Of a stretch of DNA of 64,000 nt, positions 1 through 10,281 are shown piece by piece. The position numbers and the translations under genes were made by a program. The stretch covers positions 1-64,000 of the forward strand of contig JBHLOI010000011.1 in assembly GCA_048940645.1 (NCBI GenBank), read 5' to 3'. Position 1 is the stretch's first letter. Every line of letters begins with the position of its first letter. Source of the DNA: Promethearchaeota archaeon (GTDB lineage: Archaea; Asgardarchaeota; Lokiarchaeia; Sigyniarchaeales; SOKP01). The notes under the pieces are model-generated. The model was not told the DNA's origin, searched no databases, and saw only the letters and a list, made by a program, of their open reading frames with translations.

Positions 1-1131
1 TTTTTTGAAACCGCAAAAGGAGGAAAAGTGATTGATGTTGATGGAAATGAATATATTGATATGCTTTGCGCATACGGCCCTATTATAATTGGTCATCAAG
101 AGGAAGAAATTGATAAAGTTGTTATAGAACAAATAAAAAATAAAGGTTTTTGCATGTCATTAACTCAACCAATACAAAATCAATTAGCTAAAGTACTTAA
201 AAAACTAATACCTTGTTGTGAAAAAATGGTATTAATGAAAATGGGAACTGATGCAACAACAGCAGCCATAAGAGTTGCACGAGCATATACGAAAAAGGAA
301 AAAGTTCTTAGCTGCGGATATCATGGTTGGTATGATGCCTTCAGTGAGGTTCATGGAATTGAAGCGGGAATCCCTAAGAAACTATTTGAGGATTTTTATG
401 AATTTGAATTTAATAATCTTGAAGAAATTGAAAATTTATTTAAAAAACATAAAGATGAAATTGCAGCAATTATTGTGAATCCAATCCATACACCAGGAGG
501 TCGAGAAGTTGAGCTTCCCAAATCTGGTTTCTTGGAGGGAATACGTGAATTAGCAACAGAAAATAATGCTCTATTAATTTATGATGAAATAAGAACAGGC
601 TTTAGGGTAGACATGGGAGGAGCACAAAAATTCTATGGAGTTCTTCCCGATCTTGCGGCATTTGGAAAAGCCATGGGTAACGGCTATCCAATAAGCACAC
701 TTGTAGGAAAAGCGGAATACATGGATGTTTTAGTAGAAAAAGTATTTTTAAGCTCAACCTTTTTCCCAAATAGTCTTGCTCAAATCGCATCCCTCAAAAC
801 AATTGAAATACTACAACGAGATAATGTGTTAAAAGACATTAGCGAGAAAGGTAACTATTTCGCGAAGCGAGTAAAAGATAGTATTCAAGATTACAAGATT
901 CCATGTATTTATTCAGGACAACCTTGGATGCCCTATATCACTTTCACTCCGGATCCTAATTTTTTATATAGAAAATTGCGAGAAGAATTTTATCGTCAAC
1001 TTATTAGACGGCAAGTTTTCTTACAACCTTTTCATCATGGATATATTTGTTATCGACATAGATATGAGGATTTAGACTATGCTATAGATATGATAGTAGA
1101 ATCACTAAAAGAGATAAAAAAAATGTTATAA
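1..1131 (+). CDS. Class III PLP aminotransferase (GSA-aminomutase-like); by context probably 3-aminobutyryl-CoA aminotransferase (Kat); 5'-truncated
   Basis: DVDGNEYID, YHGW, YDEIRTGFR and FGKAMGNGYP (PLP Lys) motifs; frame is open from base 1 (FFETAKGGKVIDVDG), so the true start lies upstream; directly precedes kce-kdd. Confidence 0.75.
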   Translation, partial: FFETAKGGKVIDVDGNEYIDMLCAYGPIIIGHQEEEIDKVVIEQIKNKGFCMSLTQPIQNQLAKVLKKLIPCCEKMVLMKMGTDATTAAIRVARAYTKKEKVLSCGYHGWYDAFSEVHGIEAGIPKKLFEDFYEFEFNNLEEIENLFKKHKDEIAAIIVNPIHTPGGREVELPKSGFLEGIRELATENNALLIYDEIRTGFRVDMGGAQKFYGVLPDLAAFGKAMGNGYPISTLVGKAEYMDVLVEKVFLSSTFFPNSLAQIASLKTIEILQRDNVLKDISEKGNYFAKRVKDSIQDYKIPCIYSGQPWMPYITFTPDPNFLYRKLREEFYRQLIRRQVFLQPFHHGYICYRHRYEDLDYAIDMIVESLKEIKKML

Positions 1132-1168
1132 AATCTATGAATTAAAATTTAAAATTTATGAAAAAATT

Positions 1169-1990
1169 ATGGAAAAACTTATTATTACAGCAGCAATTTG
1201 CGGAGCAGAAGTAACAAAAGAACAAAATCCGAGCGTTCCTTATACTGTTAAGGAAATCGGGATTGAGGCTGAGAGCGCCTTCCTTGCTGGTGCTAGTATT
1301 ATTCATTTGCATGTACGAGAGAATAAAGGGACTCCAACTCAAAATAAGGAAAGGTTTAAAGCATGTATCGATGAAATTAAGAGTAGATGCCCAGATGTAA
1401 TTATCATGCCTTCGACAGGCGGAGCAGTGGGGATGAGTAATGAAGAACGACTTCAACCAATTTATTTAGACCCTCCTCCAGAAATAGCCAGCTTAGATTG
1501 TGGGACTATGAATTTTGGGAGAGATGAAATATTTATTAATACTGAAGCTACAATAAAATTTTTTGCTGAGGAGATGTATAAAAGAGGAATTAAACCAGAA
1601 TTGGAGTGTTTTGATAAAGGAATGGTAGATATGGCATTAAGATTACATAAGAAAGGATTTATAAAGGATCCAATGCATTTTAACTTAGTATTGGGAGTAA
1701 ACGGAGGAATTGCGGCTTCAACAAGAGATTTAAATTTTTTAGTAGAAACTCTACCTCTAAATTCTACATATACAGTCACAGGTATAGGTCAACATGAATT
1801 TACTATGGCTACATTGGGAATCATTATGGGAGGCCATATTCGTGTGGGACTTGAAGATAACCTTTATATCTCTAAAGGAAAATTGGCTGAATCTAATGCA
1901 CAATTAGTAGAAAAAGTAGTAAGAATCGCTAGTGAGCTTGGTAGAGATATTGCTTCCCCTTATGATACAAGAAAAATTCTAGGATTATAA
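1169..1990 (+). CDS. kce: 3-keto-5-aminohexanoate cleavage enzyme
   Basis: KLIITAAICGAE, IIHLHVR, STGGAVGM, RVGLEDN motifs of the BKACE family; lysine fermentation context. Confidence 0.93.
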   Translation: MEKLIITAAICGAEVTKEQNPSVPYTVKEIGIEAESAFLAGASIIHLHVRENKGTPTQNKERFKACIDEIKSRCPDVIIMPSTGGAVGMSNEERLQPIYLDPPPEIASLDCGTMNFGRDEIFINTEATIKFFAEEMYKRGIKPELECFDKGMVDMALRLHKKGFIKDPMHFNLVLGVNGGIAASTRDLNFLVETLPLNSTYTVTGIGQHEFTMATLGIIMGGHIRVGLEDNLYISKGKLAESNAQLVEKVVRIASELGRDIASPYDTRKILGL

Positions 1991-2020
1991 GAATTAGGAT
2001 TAGTAGTTGGTGATAAAAAT

Positions 2021-3058
2021 TTGAAAAAGGGAAATAAATATGGGACTCATAGAGTAACTGATCCAATTGGCGCTTTACCACAATCGGCAAATAAATTATT
2101 AAATGATATGGAAATATACGATAATGAAATCCTAATCGATGTTGATTATCTAAATATAGATTCTGCTAGTTTTACACAGTTAAAACAAGTCTCTAAGGGC
2201 GACATTGAGCAAATTAAAGAGTTGATAATTGCAATCGTGGATGAAAAAGGAAAAATGCAAAATCCAGTTACTGGTTCAGGAGGGATGCTAATCGGCAAAA
2301 TTGAAGCAATTGGAGATGCTTTGAGAGATGAAGTTGATTTGAAAGTCGGAGACAAAATTGCGACCTTAGTATCTCTTTCTCTAACACCTCTCAGGATAGA
2401 TGAAATCACTAAAATCTATCCAGAGATTGACCGTGTTGAAATTAAAGGTAAAGCAATATTATTTGAAAGTGGAATTTATGCTAAACTTCCTATAGATATG
2501 GAAGATACGTTAGCATTAGCAGTCCTTGATGTTGCAGGTGCTCCAGCTCAAGTAAAGAACCTTGTAAAAGAGGGTGATACTGTATTAATCCTTGGTGCTA
2601 CCGGAAAATCAGGTTTAATGTGTTCCTGTATGGCAAAAAAGATGGTTGGAAAAACAGGAAAAGTAATTGGTCAAGCTAGGAATGAAAAAAGAGCTAAATT
2701 CCTTGAAATTACAGAATTTTGTCATGAAATAATTATAGCTGATGTTTTAAAGCCAGTAAATGTACTAGAAGAAACACTAAAAGTTAATAATGGAAAAGAG
2801 GTCGACATTTCAATAAATTGTTTGAGTATTCCAAATACCGAAATGTCGAGTATATTACCTGTGAGAGATGGAGGAACTGTTTATTTCTTTTCTATGGCTA
2901 CTAGCTTTACAAAAGCAGCATTAGGTGCTGAAGGAGTAGGTAAAGATGTGACAATGATTATTGGAAATGGGTATACAGTAAATCATGCTAAAATTGCTCT
3001 AGATCTTTTAAATGAATCTGATATACTTAAAAAGATATTTCAAGAGAAATATAGCTAA
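2021..3058 (+). CDS. kdd: L-erythro-3,5-diaminohexanoate dehydrogenase
   Basis: KYGTHRV, LNIDSASF, NPVTGSGGML, LDVAGAPAQ, FTKAALGAEG motifs. Confidence 0.93.
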   Translation: MKKGNKYGTHRVTDPIGALPQSANKLLNDMEIYDNEILIDVDYLNIDSASFTQLKQVSKGDIEQIKELIIAIVDEKGKMQNPVTGSGGMLIGKIEAIGDALRDEVDLKVGDKIATLVSLSLTPLRIDEITKIYPEIDRVEIKGKAILFESGIYAKLPIDMEDTLALAVLDVAGAPAQVKNLVKEGDTVLILGATGKSGLMCSCMAKKMVGKTGKVIGQARNEKRAKFLEITEFCHEIIIADVLKPVNVLEETLKVNNGKEVDISINCLSIPNTEMSSILPVRDGGTVYFFSMATSFTKAALGAEGVGKDVTMIIGNGYTVNHAKIALDLLNESDILKKIFQEKYS

Positions 3059-3080
3059 TTTTAATCAAATTCTAATTTAA

Positions 3081-3159
3081 GTTTCGAAAAATATTTGAAT
3101 AAAAGTAGGTTTAATTAATTGTCAAGCTGAAATATAAAAATATTAAGAAAAATTATGAA
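3081..3159 (+). repeat. Copy 1 of a 79-bp direct repeat (duplicate of kamA promoter/5' region and start codon)
   Basis: Ungapped match to 4998-5076 with 8 mismatches by manual count. Confidence 0.9.
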
Positions 3160-3182
3160 TTTAATTCTAATCTAATTCTATA

Positions 3183-4889
3183 TTAACTTTCAATTACCCA
3201 ATTTTCAGTATTATTATAGAATGTGTTAGCTAAATAATCACACTCAGAATTAATCATAAGAATTCCTATAGTATTATTATAGAAGATATTATTAACAAAA
3301 ATTGTTGAATTTGAATTTGATAAATAAGCTCCCTCCGAATTAAAGTTAAATTGGCAATTTGACACATTAAAATCATTAGAATTTATTATGCGAATTCCAA
3401 TGACAAGGTTATAACTGAAATTGGAGAAAGTACAATTACAGAATTTGCAATCAATGAAAGTAATGGCATAATTTGTATTTTCGATATTTTGGTTCTTGAT
3501 TATTATATTGGAGCAGTTAATAAAAAATAATTGCCCATAAATTTCTGGATTATCAATAACTAGTCCACTTTGATCAATTATAAATCCCAAATCCTTACCA
3601 TTTACTAGATTATTTTCACAGATTAATGAATAGCCAAGATAATCCGAAAAATAAAGTCCATTACCTCTCAGAATATTGTTTTTTATGCTACAATTATAGG
3701 AAGATCCTATATGTATACAATCTTCAGACCAATAGTTATCTTCCTTATAAGTAAAAGTATTGTTTAAAATTCTGGTAGAATTTGAATAAGAAATATACAG
3801 ATTTAAATTATTATTTATTAATTTATTATTTTCCAAAGTACTTGTTGGAGAATGACCTAAACTTATACCCCGTTGATAATTAAGTACTTTATTATTGCTA
3901 ATATTAAAATTACCATCAGTGGAGTAGATATCAATTCCATAACCACGGGTATTATATAATGTCCCTACACACGTATTATTAATTATTTTTATATACCCTA
4001 CATTAATATGGTCAATTCTAATAGCACCACCTGCGAATAAGAAATTATTTTGAATTATAAAATAGACTGAGACATAAGAAATATCAATCGCAAGATTCCG
4101 TCCATTACAAATAGTACGATTTTCAATTCTATAAGGGTCTTCCAATGTTCCAGAACCGGGAATATTATACCTTTCAAAATCATCAGTAGAATCAATATAA
4201 AGTGGAGAGGATGAAGAAATAGGGTATCTAGGGTATTGTTCAATAAATAAGTAGAGTAGTGGATATCCATAAGCTAAATAAAAAAAAGATAGAAATAGAA
4301 GAATAAAATATATAGCAGAACTCCAAAGAGGAAATTTTTTCCTTCTCTTTTTTATGATAAAATATGAAACTATATAAAATGAAGTTACAACAGCAAATAA
4401 AATGATAGGAATGATAATGAACAGTACTGGATTATATGTTACATCCCAATCAATATCTATTTCTGTTGATTCTTGATCAGGATCATCATTAAGAAAAATA
4501 ATAAACCAAGTGTTTTCATACGGAATTGCAAAGCAGCCTTGATCATGACTCTTTTCGCCGTTAGATAACAAATGATACTTAATTTTTGATTTATTTAACA
4601 TAAATTTTTGATAATTAAGATTGTCCATGGCTAGTGCTTTAATTCCTACTTGTGCATTATGACTAGTGAAAGACCATTCAATTCCGTAAAGGTTAGAAGC
4701 AGTATACTTAATTTCCGTGAAATCTCGATAATTCAAAGTCTGCCCATAACCACCAGAAGCTTTAATTCCTTCTTTTTTCCTTTCTGAATTTAGGGAATCA
4801 AATGTTATATTTAAGGCAAGTATTGTAATATTAAGGGTTAAGATTATTAAAATTACGATATCTAATATAATCTTCTGCTTATATTTCAT
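3183..4889 (-). CDS. Membrane protein with C-terminal right-handed parallel beta-helix (NosD/CASH-like) domain
   Basis: N-terminal hydrophobic segment, two internal TM helices, GSGTLEDPYRIEN motif, Asn-rich I-x-N-N repeats. Confidence 0.8.
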   Translation of the reverse strand: MKYKQKIILDIVILIILTLNITILALNITFDSLNSERKKEGIKASGGYGQTLNYRDFTEIKYTASNLYGIEWSFTSHNAQVGIKALAMDNLNYQKFMLNKSKIKYHLLSNGEKSHDQGCFAIPYENTWFIIFLNDDPDQESTEIDIDWDVTYNPVLFIIIPIILFAVVTSFYIVSYFIIKKRRKKFPLWSSAIYFILLFLSFFYLAYGYPLLYLFIEQYPRYPISSSSPLYIDSTDDFERYNIPGSGTLEDPYRIENRTICNGRNLAIDISYVSVYFIIQNNFLFAGGAIRIDHINVGYIKIINNTCVGTLYNTRGYGIDIYSTDGNFNISNNKVLNYQRGISLGHSPTSTLENNKLINNNLNLYISYSNSTRILNNTFTYKEDNYWSEDCIHIGSSYNCSIKNNILRGNGLYFSDYLGYSLICENNLVNGKDLGFIIDQSGLVIDNPEIYGQLFFINCSNIIIKNQNIENTNYAITFIDCKFCNCTFSNFSYNLVIGIRIINSNDFNVSNCQFNFNSEGAYLSNSNSTIFVNNIFYNNTIGILMINSECDYLANTFYNNTENWVIES

Positions 4890-4997
4890 GCGAATTGGCT
4901 TTCCTGAAACTAACTAAGATAAATAGTTCTTTCAAAAATATAAATCTAATCTTAAAAATCAGCGTATTATTTAATAATTGTATTAATTGAGGAGAAT

Positions 4998-5076
4998 GTT
5001 TCGAAAAATATTTGAACAAAAATATGTTTCATTAATTGTTAAGCTGAAGTAAAAAAATATTATGAAAAATTATGAA
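4998..5076 (+). repeat. Copy 2 of the 79-bp direct repeat; probable kamA promoter (CGAAAAATATTTGAA) and start
   Basis: Matches 3081-3159; ends just after the kamA ATG at 5072. Confidence 0.9.
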
Positions 5077-6310
5077 AGTAAATAGACGTAAAGAATTATT
5101 TGGTCATATAAATGATGATAATTGGAATGACTGGCGTTGGCAAGTTAAAAATAGGATAACAACATTAGAAGAACTTAAAAAGTACATTACATTAACCAAG
5201 GAAGAAGATGATCCTAGAATCCTCCAAGAGTATAGGATGGCAATTACACCTTATTATCTATCATTAATCGATCCTAATGATCCTTATGATCCAATAAGAC
5301 AACAAGCAATTCCCACAATTCAGGAATTGGAACGATATAGCGGCGAACTTGAAGATCCACTCAGTGAGGATGTGGATTCTCCCATTGAGGGATTAACTCA
5401 TCGTTATCCCGATAGAGTACTATTTTTAGTTACAGAAAATTGTTCAATGTATTGTAGGCATTGTACAAGAAGAAGATTTGCGGGTCATCATGATATGGCT
5501 CCACCACAATCACAAATAGACGCTTGTATAGAGTATATTAAAAATACTCCTGCTGTTAGGGATGTACTTTTATCTGGGGGAGATGCTTTATTAAGATCTG
5601 ATAAAAATATAGAAGAGATTTTAAAGAAATTAAGAGAAATTCCTCATGTTGAAATAATACGTATAGGATCTAGAGCACCAGTTACAAATCCTTTCCGTAT
5701 TACTCCAGAGTTATGTGAAATGTTAAAAAAATATCATCCTATTTGGTTTAATACACATTTTAATCATCCTAACGAAATTACAGAAGATTCTACAAGAGCA
5801 TGTGAAATGCTAGCAGATGCGGGTATGCCTCTTGGAAATCAATCCGTTTTATTGAGAGGAGTAAATGATTGTATTCATGTTATGAAAAGATTAGTCCAAG
5901 AATTAGTAAAAATAAGAGTTAGACCATATTATATTTACCAATGTGATCTTTCTAGAGGATTAGGGCACTTTAGAACTACCGTCGCCCAAGGTATTGAAAT
6001 AATTGAAGGTCTAAGGGGACATACATCTGGATTATGTGTTCCTACGTTTGTAGTAGATGCTCCTGGAGGGGGTGGAAAAATTCCAGTAATGCCAGATTAT
6101 ACAATTTCTCAAGGCAATAAACGTGTTGTGTTAAGAAATTTTGAAGGTGTAATTACAACGTACGAAGAACCTGAAAATTACATCCCTAATTGTCATTGCG
6201 AAGACTGTGAAAAACAAATAGGAGTTAGTGCTTTACTAAGTGGTGAAAAAGTCACTATTGAACCTGTAGATTTAAAAAGAAAATTAAGAAGGAAAAAACT
6301 CTCTAAGTAA
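5072..6310 (+). CDS. kamA: Lysine 2,3-aminomutase (radical SAM/PLP)
   Basis: WNDWRWQ, LTHRYPDRVL, CSMYCRHCTRRR (CxxxCxxC), DAPGGGGKIP. Confidence 0.97.
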   Translation: MKVNRRKELFGHINDDNWNDWRWQVKNRITTLEELKKYITLTKEEDDPRILQEYRMAITPYYLSLIDPNDPYDPIRQQAIPTIQELERYSGELEDPLSEDVDSPIEGLTHRYPDRVLFLVTENCSMYCRHCTRRRFAGHHDMAPPQSQIDACIEYIKNTPAVRDVLLSGGDALLRSDKNIEEILKKLREIPHVEIIRIGSRAPVTNPFRITPELCEMLKKYHPIWFNTHFNHPNEITEDSTRACEMLADAGMPLGNQSVLLRGVNDCIHVMKRLVQELVKIRVRPYYIYQCDLSRGLGHFRTTVAQGIEIIEGLRGHTSGLCVPTFVVDAPGGGGKIPVMPDYTISQGNKRVVLRNFEGVITTYEEPENYIPNCHCEDCEKQIGVSALLSGEKVTIEPVDLKRKLRRKKLSK

Positions 6311-6408
6311 AAATTAGTTATATTAAATATACTTATATTACTTCTAATCTTTAATATTATTTGTATTATCCATTTTTGTCTAATATCATATTAAGATAGG
6401 ATCAGGAC

Positions 6409-8187
6409 TTGTCTAATACAGAGCCTCAAGAATTAATTATTGCTAAAAAACTCATTGAACAGAATAAATATGGTGAGGCTTTCCAAGTTCTTTCAGATTT
6501 CGATCAAAATGGGGAAAATAATCTTAGTGATAAGATTTCATGCCTACTTCTTCAATGTCAAATTCTTTTTTGGCAAGGGGATTATAAAGATGTAATATTA
6601 CTTGCTAAAAAGATTTATAAAAAAAGTCTAGAACTGGGAAAAACTCTCCAATCTGTTGATGCCTTAATTTTTATTATTATGGCGTTAGTTGGAGAAGGTA
6701 AGCTTAATCTAGTTTTTGGAGCCATTAAAAAAGCTGATGATTTATTGAAAACACTTAAGAAAAAGTCACCGGATTATATACGAAGAGAAGCTACAATATC
6801 ATGGTATTTAGGTGCTTCATATGCTGAAAATAAGGGTATGGTTGATGAGGGCTTAAAGTATGTAGAGCAAAGTTTGAAATTAAGAGAAGAAATAGGCCAT
6901 AAACAAGAAATTTCTGAATCGATTTTGGAAATTGGTTATCTTCTAGGAGTTCATAAAGGTGAATTAGATAAAGCTATAGGTTTATTGAAGCAAGCGCTTG
7001 TACTTGCTGAGGAAAGTAATGATAAATATACGATTGTTAAAGTTTTTTATGTTTTCCATTTAATTTATTACTTAAAGGGTGAATTAGATGATAGCCTCTC
7101 ATATATTAAAAGATGTTTAGTATTATATAAAGAGTTTAATAATAAAGCATTCATTGCTTGGAGCTTTTATCATCTAGCGGAAATTTATAGAATGAAAGGT
7201 GATTTAAAAAGTGCTTTAAAATACATAAAAAAAAGTATAGCTTTATCTGAAGAATTAGAAAATAAACGCTTATTTGTAATAACTATTAGTACAATAATTA
7301 AATTGAATCTTGATAACAGTGATGCAGAAGGAGCATGGAAATACTTACAACGCTTAGAGCAATTTAAGGATCATGTAGGATTGTATGCTAATTTATTATA
7401 CCGTTTATCAAAAGTAAAATTGTTAAAAACAAGTCTTTCGGTCAAAAATCGAGTTAAGGCTGAAAAAATATTAAAAATGATTATTAAAGAAAGTACAAGC
7501 CATGCTATGATTAGAATAGAAGCTCAATTAGAACTTTGTAATGTTTTACTAAATGAGTTACGATTCACTAATAATATTAAAGTGCTAGATAAGATAAACT
7601 ACAATGTAGATCAATTGATAAAGTTTTCTGAAAGTTCAAATTCTTTTAATATTTTAGCTGAAACTTATCTATTACAAGCTAAGATATCGTTAATAAGTAT
7701 AAATATAGGAGAAGCTCAGCGACATTTTATTCAAGCCTTGCAAATAGCCGAAAGACATGGACTCAATAGATTATCTAAAAAAATTTCGACTGAATATAAA
7801 AAATTGTTAAATCAGTTAACATTATGGGAACAATTAAAAGAGCTAAATGTATCGATAAATAAACGTATGGATTTAGCCAAAATTAGTGAACAGATGAATT
7901 TAATGCTTCGCAATCGCCAGATAATTTATATCCAAACAAGTGAAGATAAAATTACAATTCAAAAGGAACGGAAAATTTGTTTAGTCTGTAAAGGAGAGAT
8001 CGTAGGGTTTACATATGTATGCGAATGTGATACAATCTATTGTGAAAATTGCGCTAAGGCATTAACTAATTTCGAAAATGTTTGTTGGGTGTGTAATGCT
8101 CCAATAGATAAATCGAGACCTACGAAACCTTATATGAAAGATGAAATGGAAAAAGAAATGAAAATCTCGGAAAAGAGTCAAAAATAA
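6409..8187 (+). CDS. TPR-repeat protein with C-terminal Cys-rich (RING-like) domain, paralogue 1
   Basis: Helical TPR repeats; CLVCKG..YVCECDTIYCENC..CWVC tail. Confidence 0.85.
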   Translation: MSNTEPQELIIAKKLIEQNKYGEAFQVLSDFDQNGENNLSDKISCLLLQCQILFWQGDYKDVILLAKKIYKKSLELGKTLQSVDALIFIIMALVGEGKLNLVFGAIKKADDLLKTLKKKSPDYIRREATISWYLGASYAENKGMVDEGLKYVEQSLKLREEIGHKQEISESILEIGYLLGVHKGELDKAIGLLKQALVLAEESNDKYTIVKVFYVFHLIYYLKGELDDSLSYIKRCLVLYKEFNNKAFIAWSFYHLAEIYRMKGDLKSALKYIKKSIALSEELENKRLFVITISTIIKLNLDNSDAEGAWKYLQRLEQFKDHVGLYANLLYRLSKVKLLKTSLSVKNRVKAEKILKMIIKESTSHAMIRIEAQLELCNVLLNELRFTNNIKVLDKINYNVDQLIKFSESSNSFNILAETYLLQAKISLISINIGEAQRHFIQALQIAERHGLNRLSKKISTEYKKLLNQLTLWEQLKELNVSINKRMDLAKISEQMNLMLRNRQIIYIQTSEDKITIQKERKICLVCKGEIVGFTYVCECDTIYCENCAKALTNFENVCWVCNAPIDKSRPTKPYMKDEMEKEMKISEKSQK

Positions 8188-8382
8188 ATAAACAAATAAA
8201 AATCGTTTTAAATTTAAAGTAAAAATTAAGTTTAATTTAAAGCATAATTTAAAAAGAAAGTTAAGAAGGAAAAAACTTTCTAAGTAAAAACTAATCGTAA
8301 ATATACTTAAATTGTCTCTAATCTTTAATATTATTTATATAAACCAGTTTTATCTAAAATCATATTAAGATAAGATTATAAC

Positions 8383-10167
8383 TTGTCTAATTCAGAACCC
8401 AAGGAATTAACTTACGCAAGACAGTTTATAAATAAGGGAAATTTTGATAAAGCAATTCAAATTATTTCAGATTTCGAAAAAAAAGGGGGGATTACTGCTC
8501 ATGCTATTACATCATGTCATCTCCTCAAGTGTGACCTTTTAATTCAGCGGGGGTGTTATGAAAATGCATTAAATCTAGCTGAACAAACATATAAAGAAAG
8601 TATGGAACTTGGAAAAAATCTTCTTTCCGTTGATGCTTTAATTTACAGCGCTAAATCTCTAGTTTGGCTTAATAAGCATGATAAAGCTTTAAATATAACT
8701 AACCAAGCCGAAAAATTATTAAAGAGTTTTACTTTAGATTCATCAACAGAGTATAAGCAACGAGAAGCTTATATTTTTTTCATTAAAAGTTTATTTAATT
8801 TCTTTGATCTTGATGAGAGACTAAACTATGCAGAGCAGAGCTTGTTATTAAGAGAAGAACTCGGCATTAAAAATGAGATTGCTGAATCTATGAGGACAAT
8901 CGCCCATCTACATGCCGCATATAAAGGTGAATTTGATTATGCTTTAGATTATCTAAAGCGAGGATTGTCATTTGCCGAGGAAAGTAAGAATAAGTATTGT
9001 ATTGCAATGGTATTAAGAACTCTGATGTTAACTTATGGCATGAGAGGCGATTTTGATCAAGCTATCATATACGGATTGCAAGGCCTAGCAATATTCGAGG
9101 AAATTAATAACAAACCAAGAATCTCATTAATGCTTAACACCATTGGTACTAATTATAGAATGAAAGGAGAACTTGATCGAGCTTTAGAATATTTACAGCG
9201 AAGTATTGCTATATGTGAGGAACTTGGACTCCCTTCGGATTTAGCTCTTGTTTTTGGTACATTAATTGAAATAACAGTAGATATGGATAATCTTGAGTTA
9301 GCCCAAAAGTACCTTGAAAGAATAAAACAGATTAGAGATCAAGAGGAAAATGAATGGATTAATCTATTATATCGCTTTGGTATGGTTGATATATTAAAAA
9401 CAAGTAAAAGGGCTAAGAATCGAGTAAAAGCAGAAAAATTGTTGAAAGAGATAATTGAGGAAAGTTTTCAGACCTATTTTACAATTTTAGCAATATTATC
9501 ACTTTCTGACCTTCTACTTGTTGAATTACGCATTACTAGCGATACAAAGGTTCTAGTTGAGTTAAAGACATATATTAATCGCCTCCTAGAATATGCTGAA
9601 ACTTCAAACTCATATTGGCTTTTAGCTGAAACTTATTTATTGCAAGCAAAAATCTCATTAATAAATATAAATATTGGAGAAGCTCGACGATATCTTATTC
9701 AAGCTCAGCAAATAGCCGAAAGAAATGGGCTCAGTGGCTTATATAAAAAAATTGAGAACGAACATGAGAAATTATTAAGTCAGTTAACATTATGGGAACA
9801 ATTAAAGGAGTTAAATGCAACTATAACTGAACGTATGGAATTAGCCAATATTAGTGAACATATGAACCTAATGCTTCGAAATCGTCGGATGATAACTATT
9901 CAAACTAGTAAAGATAAAGTTGCAATTCAAGAGGAGCGGATAATCTGCCTAGTCTGTAAAGGAGATATAGTAGGTTTTTCATATGTATGTGAATGTGAAG
10001 CGATGTATTGCGAAAATTGCGCTAAAACATTAGCCAATTTAGAAAATGTTTGTTGGGTGTGTAATGTTCCAATAGATAAATCGAGACCAACGAAACCCTA
10101 TATGAAAGATGAAAGAAAAAAAGAAATGAAAATCTCGGAAAAAAACCAAAAAGAAATAAACGAATAA
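8383..10167 (+). CDS. TPR-repeat protein with C-terminal Cys-rich (RING-like) domain, paralogue 2
   Basis: Same architecture as 6409-8187 with a near-identical C-terminus. Confidence 0.85.
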   Translation: MSNSEPKELTYARQFINKGNFDKAIQIISDFEKKGGITAHAITSCHLLKCDLLIQRGCYENALNLAEQTYKESMELGKNLLSVDALIYSAKSLVWLNKHDKALNITNQAEKLLKSFTLDSSTEYKQREAYIFFIKSLFNFFDLDERLNYAEQSLLLREELGIKNEIAESMRTIAHLHAAYKGEFDYALDYLKRGLSFAEESKNKYCIAMVLRTLMLTYGMRGDFDQAIIYGLQGLAIFEEINNKPRISLMLNTIGTNYRMKGELDRALEYLQRSIAICEELGLPSDLALVFGTLIEITVDMDNLELAQKYLERIKQIRDQEENEWINLLYRFGMVDILKTSKRAKNRVKAEKLLKEIIEESFQTYFTILAILSLSDLLLVELRITSDTKVLVELKTYINRLLEYAETSNSYWLLAETYLLQAKISLININIGEARRYLIQAQQIAERNGLSGLYKKIENEHEKLLSQLTLWEQLKELNATITERMELANISEHMNLMLRNRRMITIQTSKDKVAIQEERIICLVCKGDIVGFSYVCECEAMYCENCAKTLANLENVCWVCNVPIDKSRPTKPYMKDERKKEMKISEKNQKEINE

Positions 10168-10281
10168 AAATCGTTTTAAATTTGAAGTAAAAATTAAGTT
10201 TAATTTAAAACATAATTTAAGATTCATATAAATAAGATTTATTTCTCTTATTATCAGATACTCATTAAGTCTAGTGAGAAA

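Larger units (their letters stand above)
6270..10220 (+). repeat. Tandem duplication of a ~1.98-kb unit (6270-8246; 8247-10220) carrying the last kamA codons, a promoter and a TPR gene
   Basis: ATTTAAAAAGAAA.TTAAGAAGGAAAAAACT.TCTAAGTAAAA at 6270 and 8247; matching 3' flanks at about 8188-8252 and 10156-10220. Confidence 0.88.

Noticed and set aside
1-1131. Calling the first gene hemL
   Set aside because: No tetrapyrrole genes nearby; the context favours a Kat-type enzyme, so the symbol is left empty
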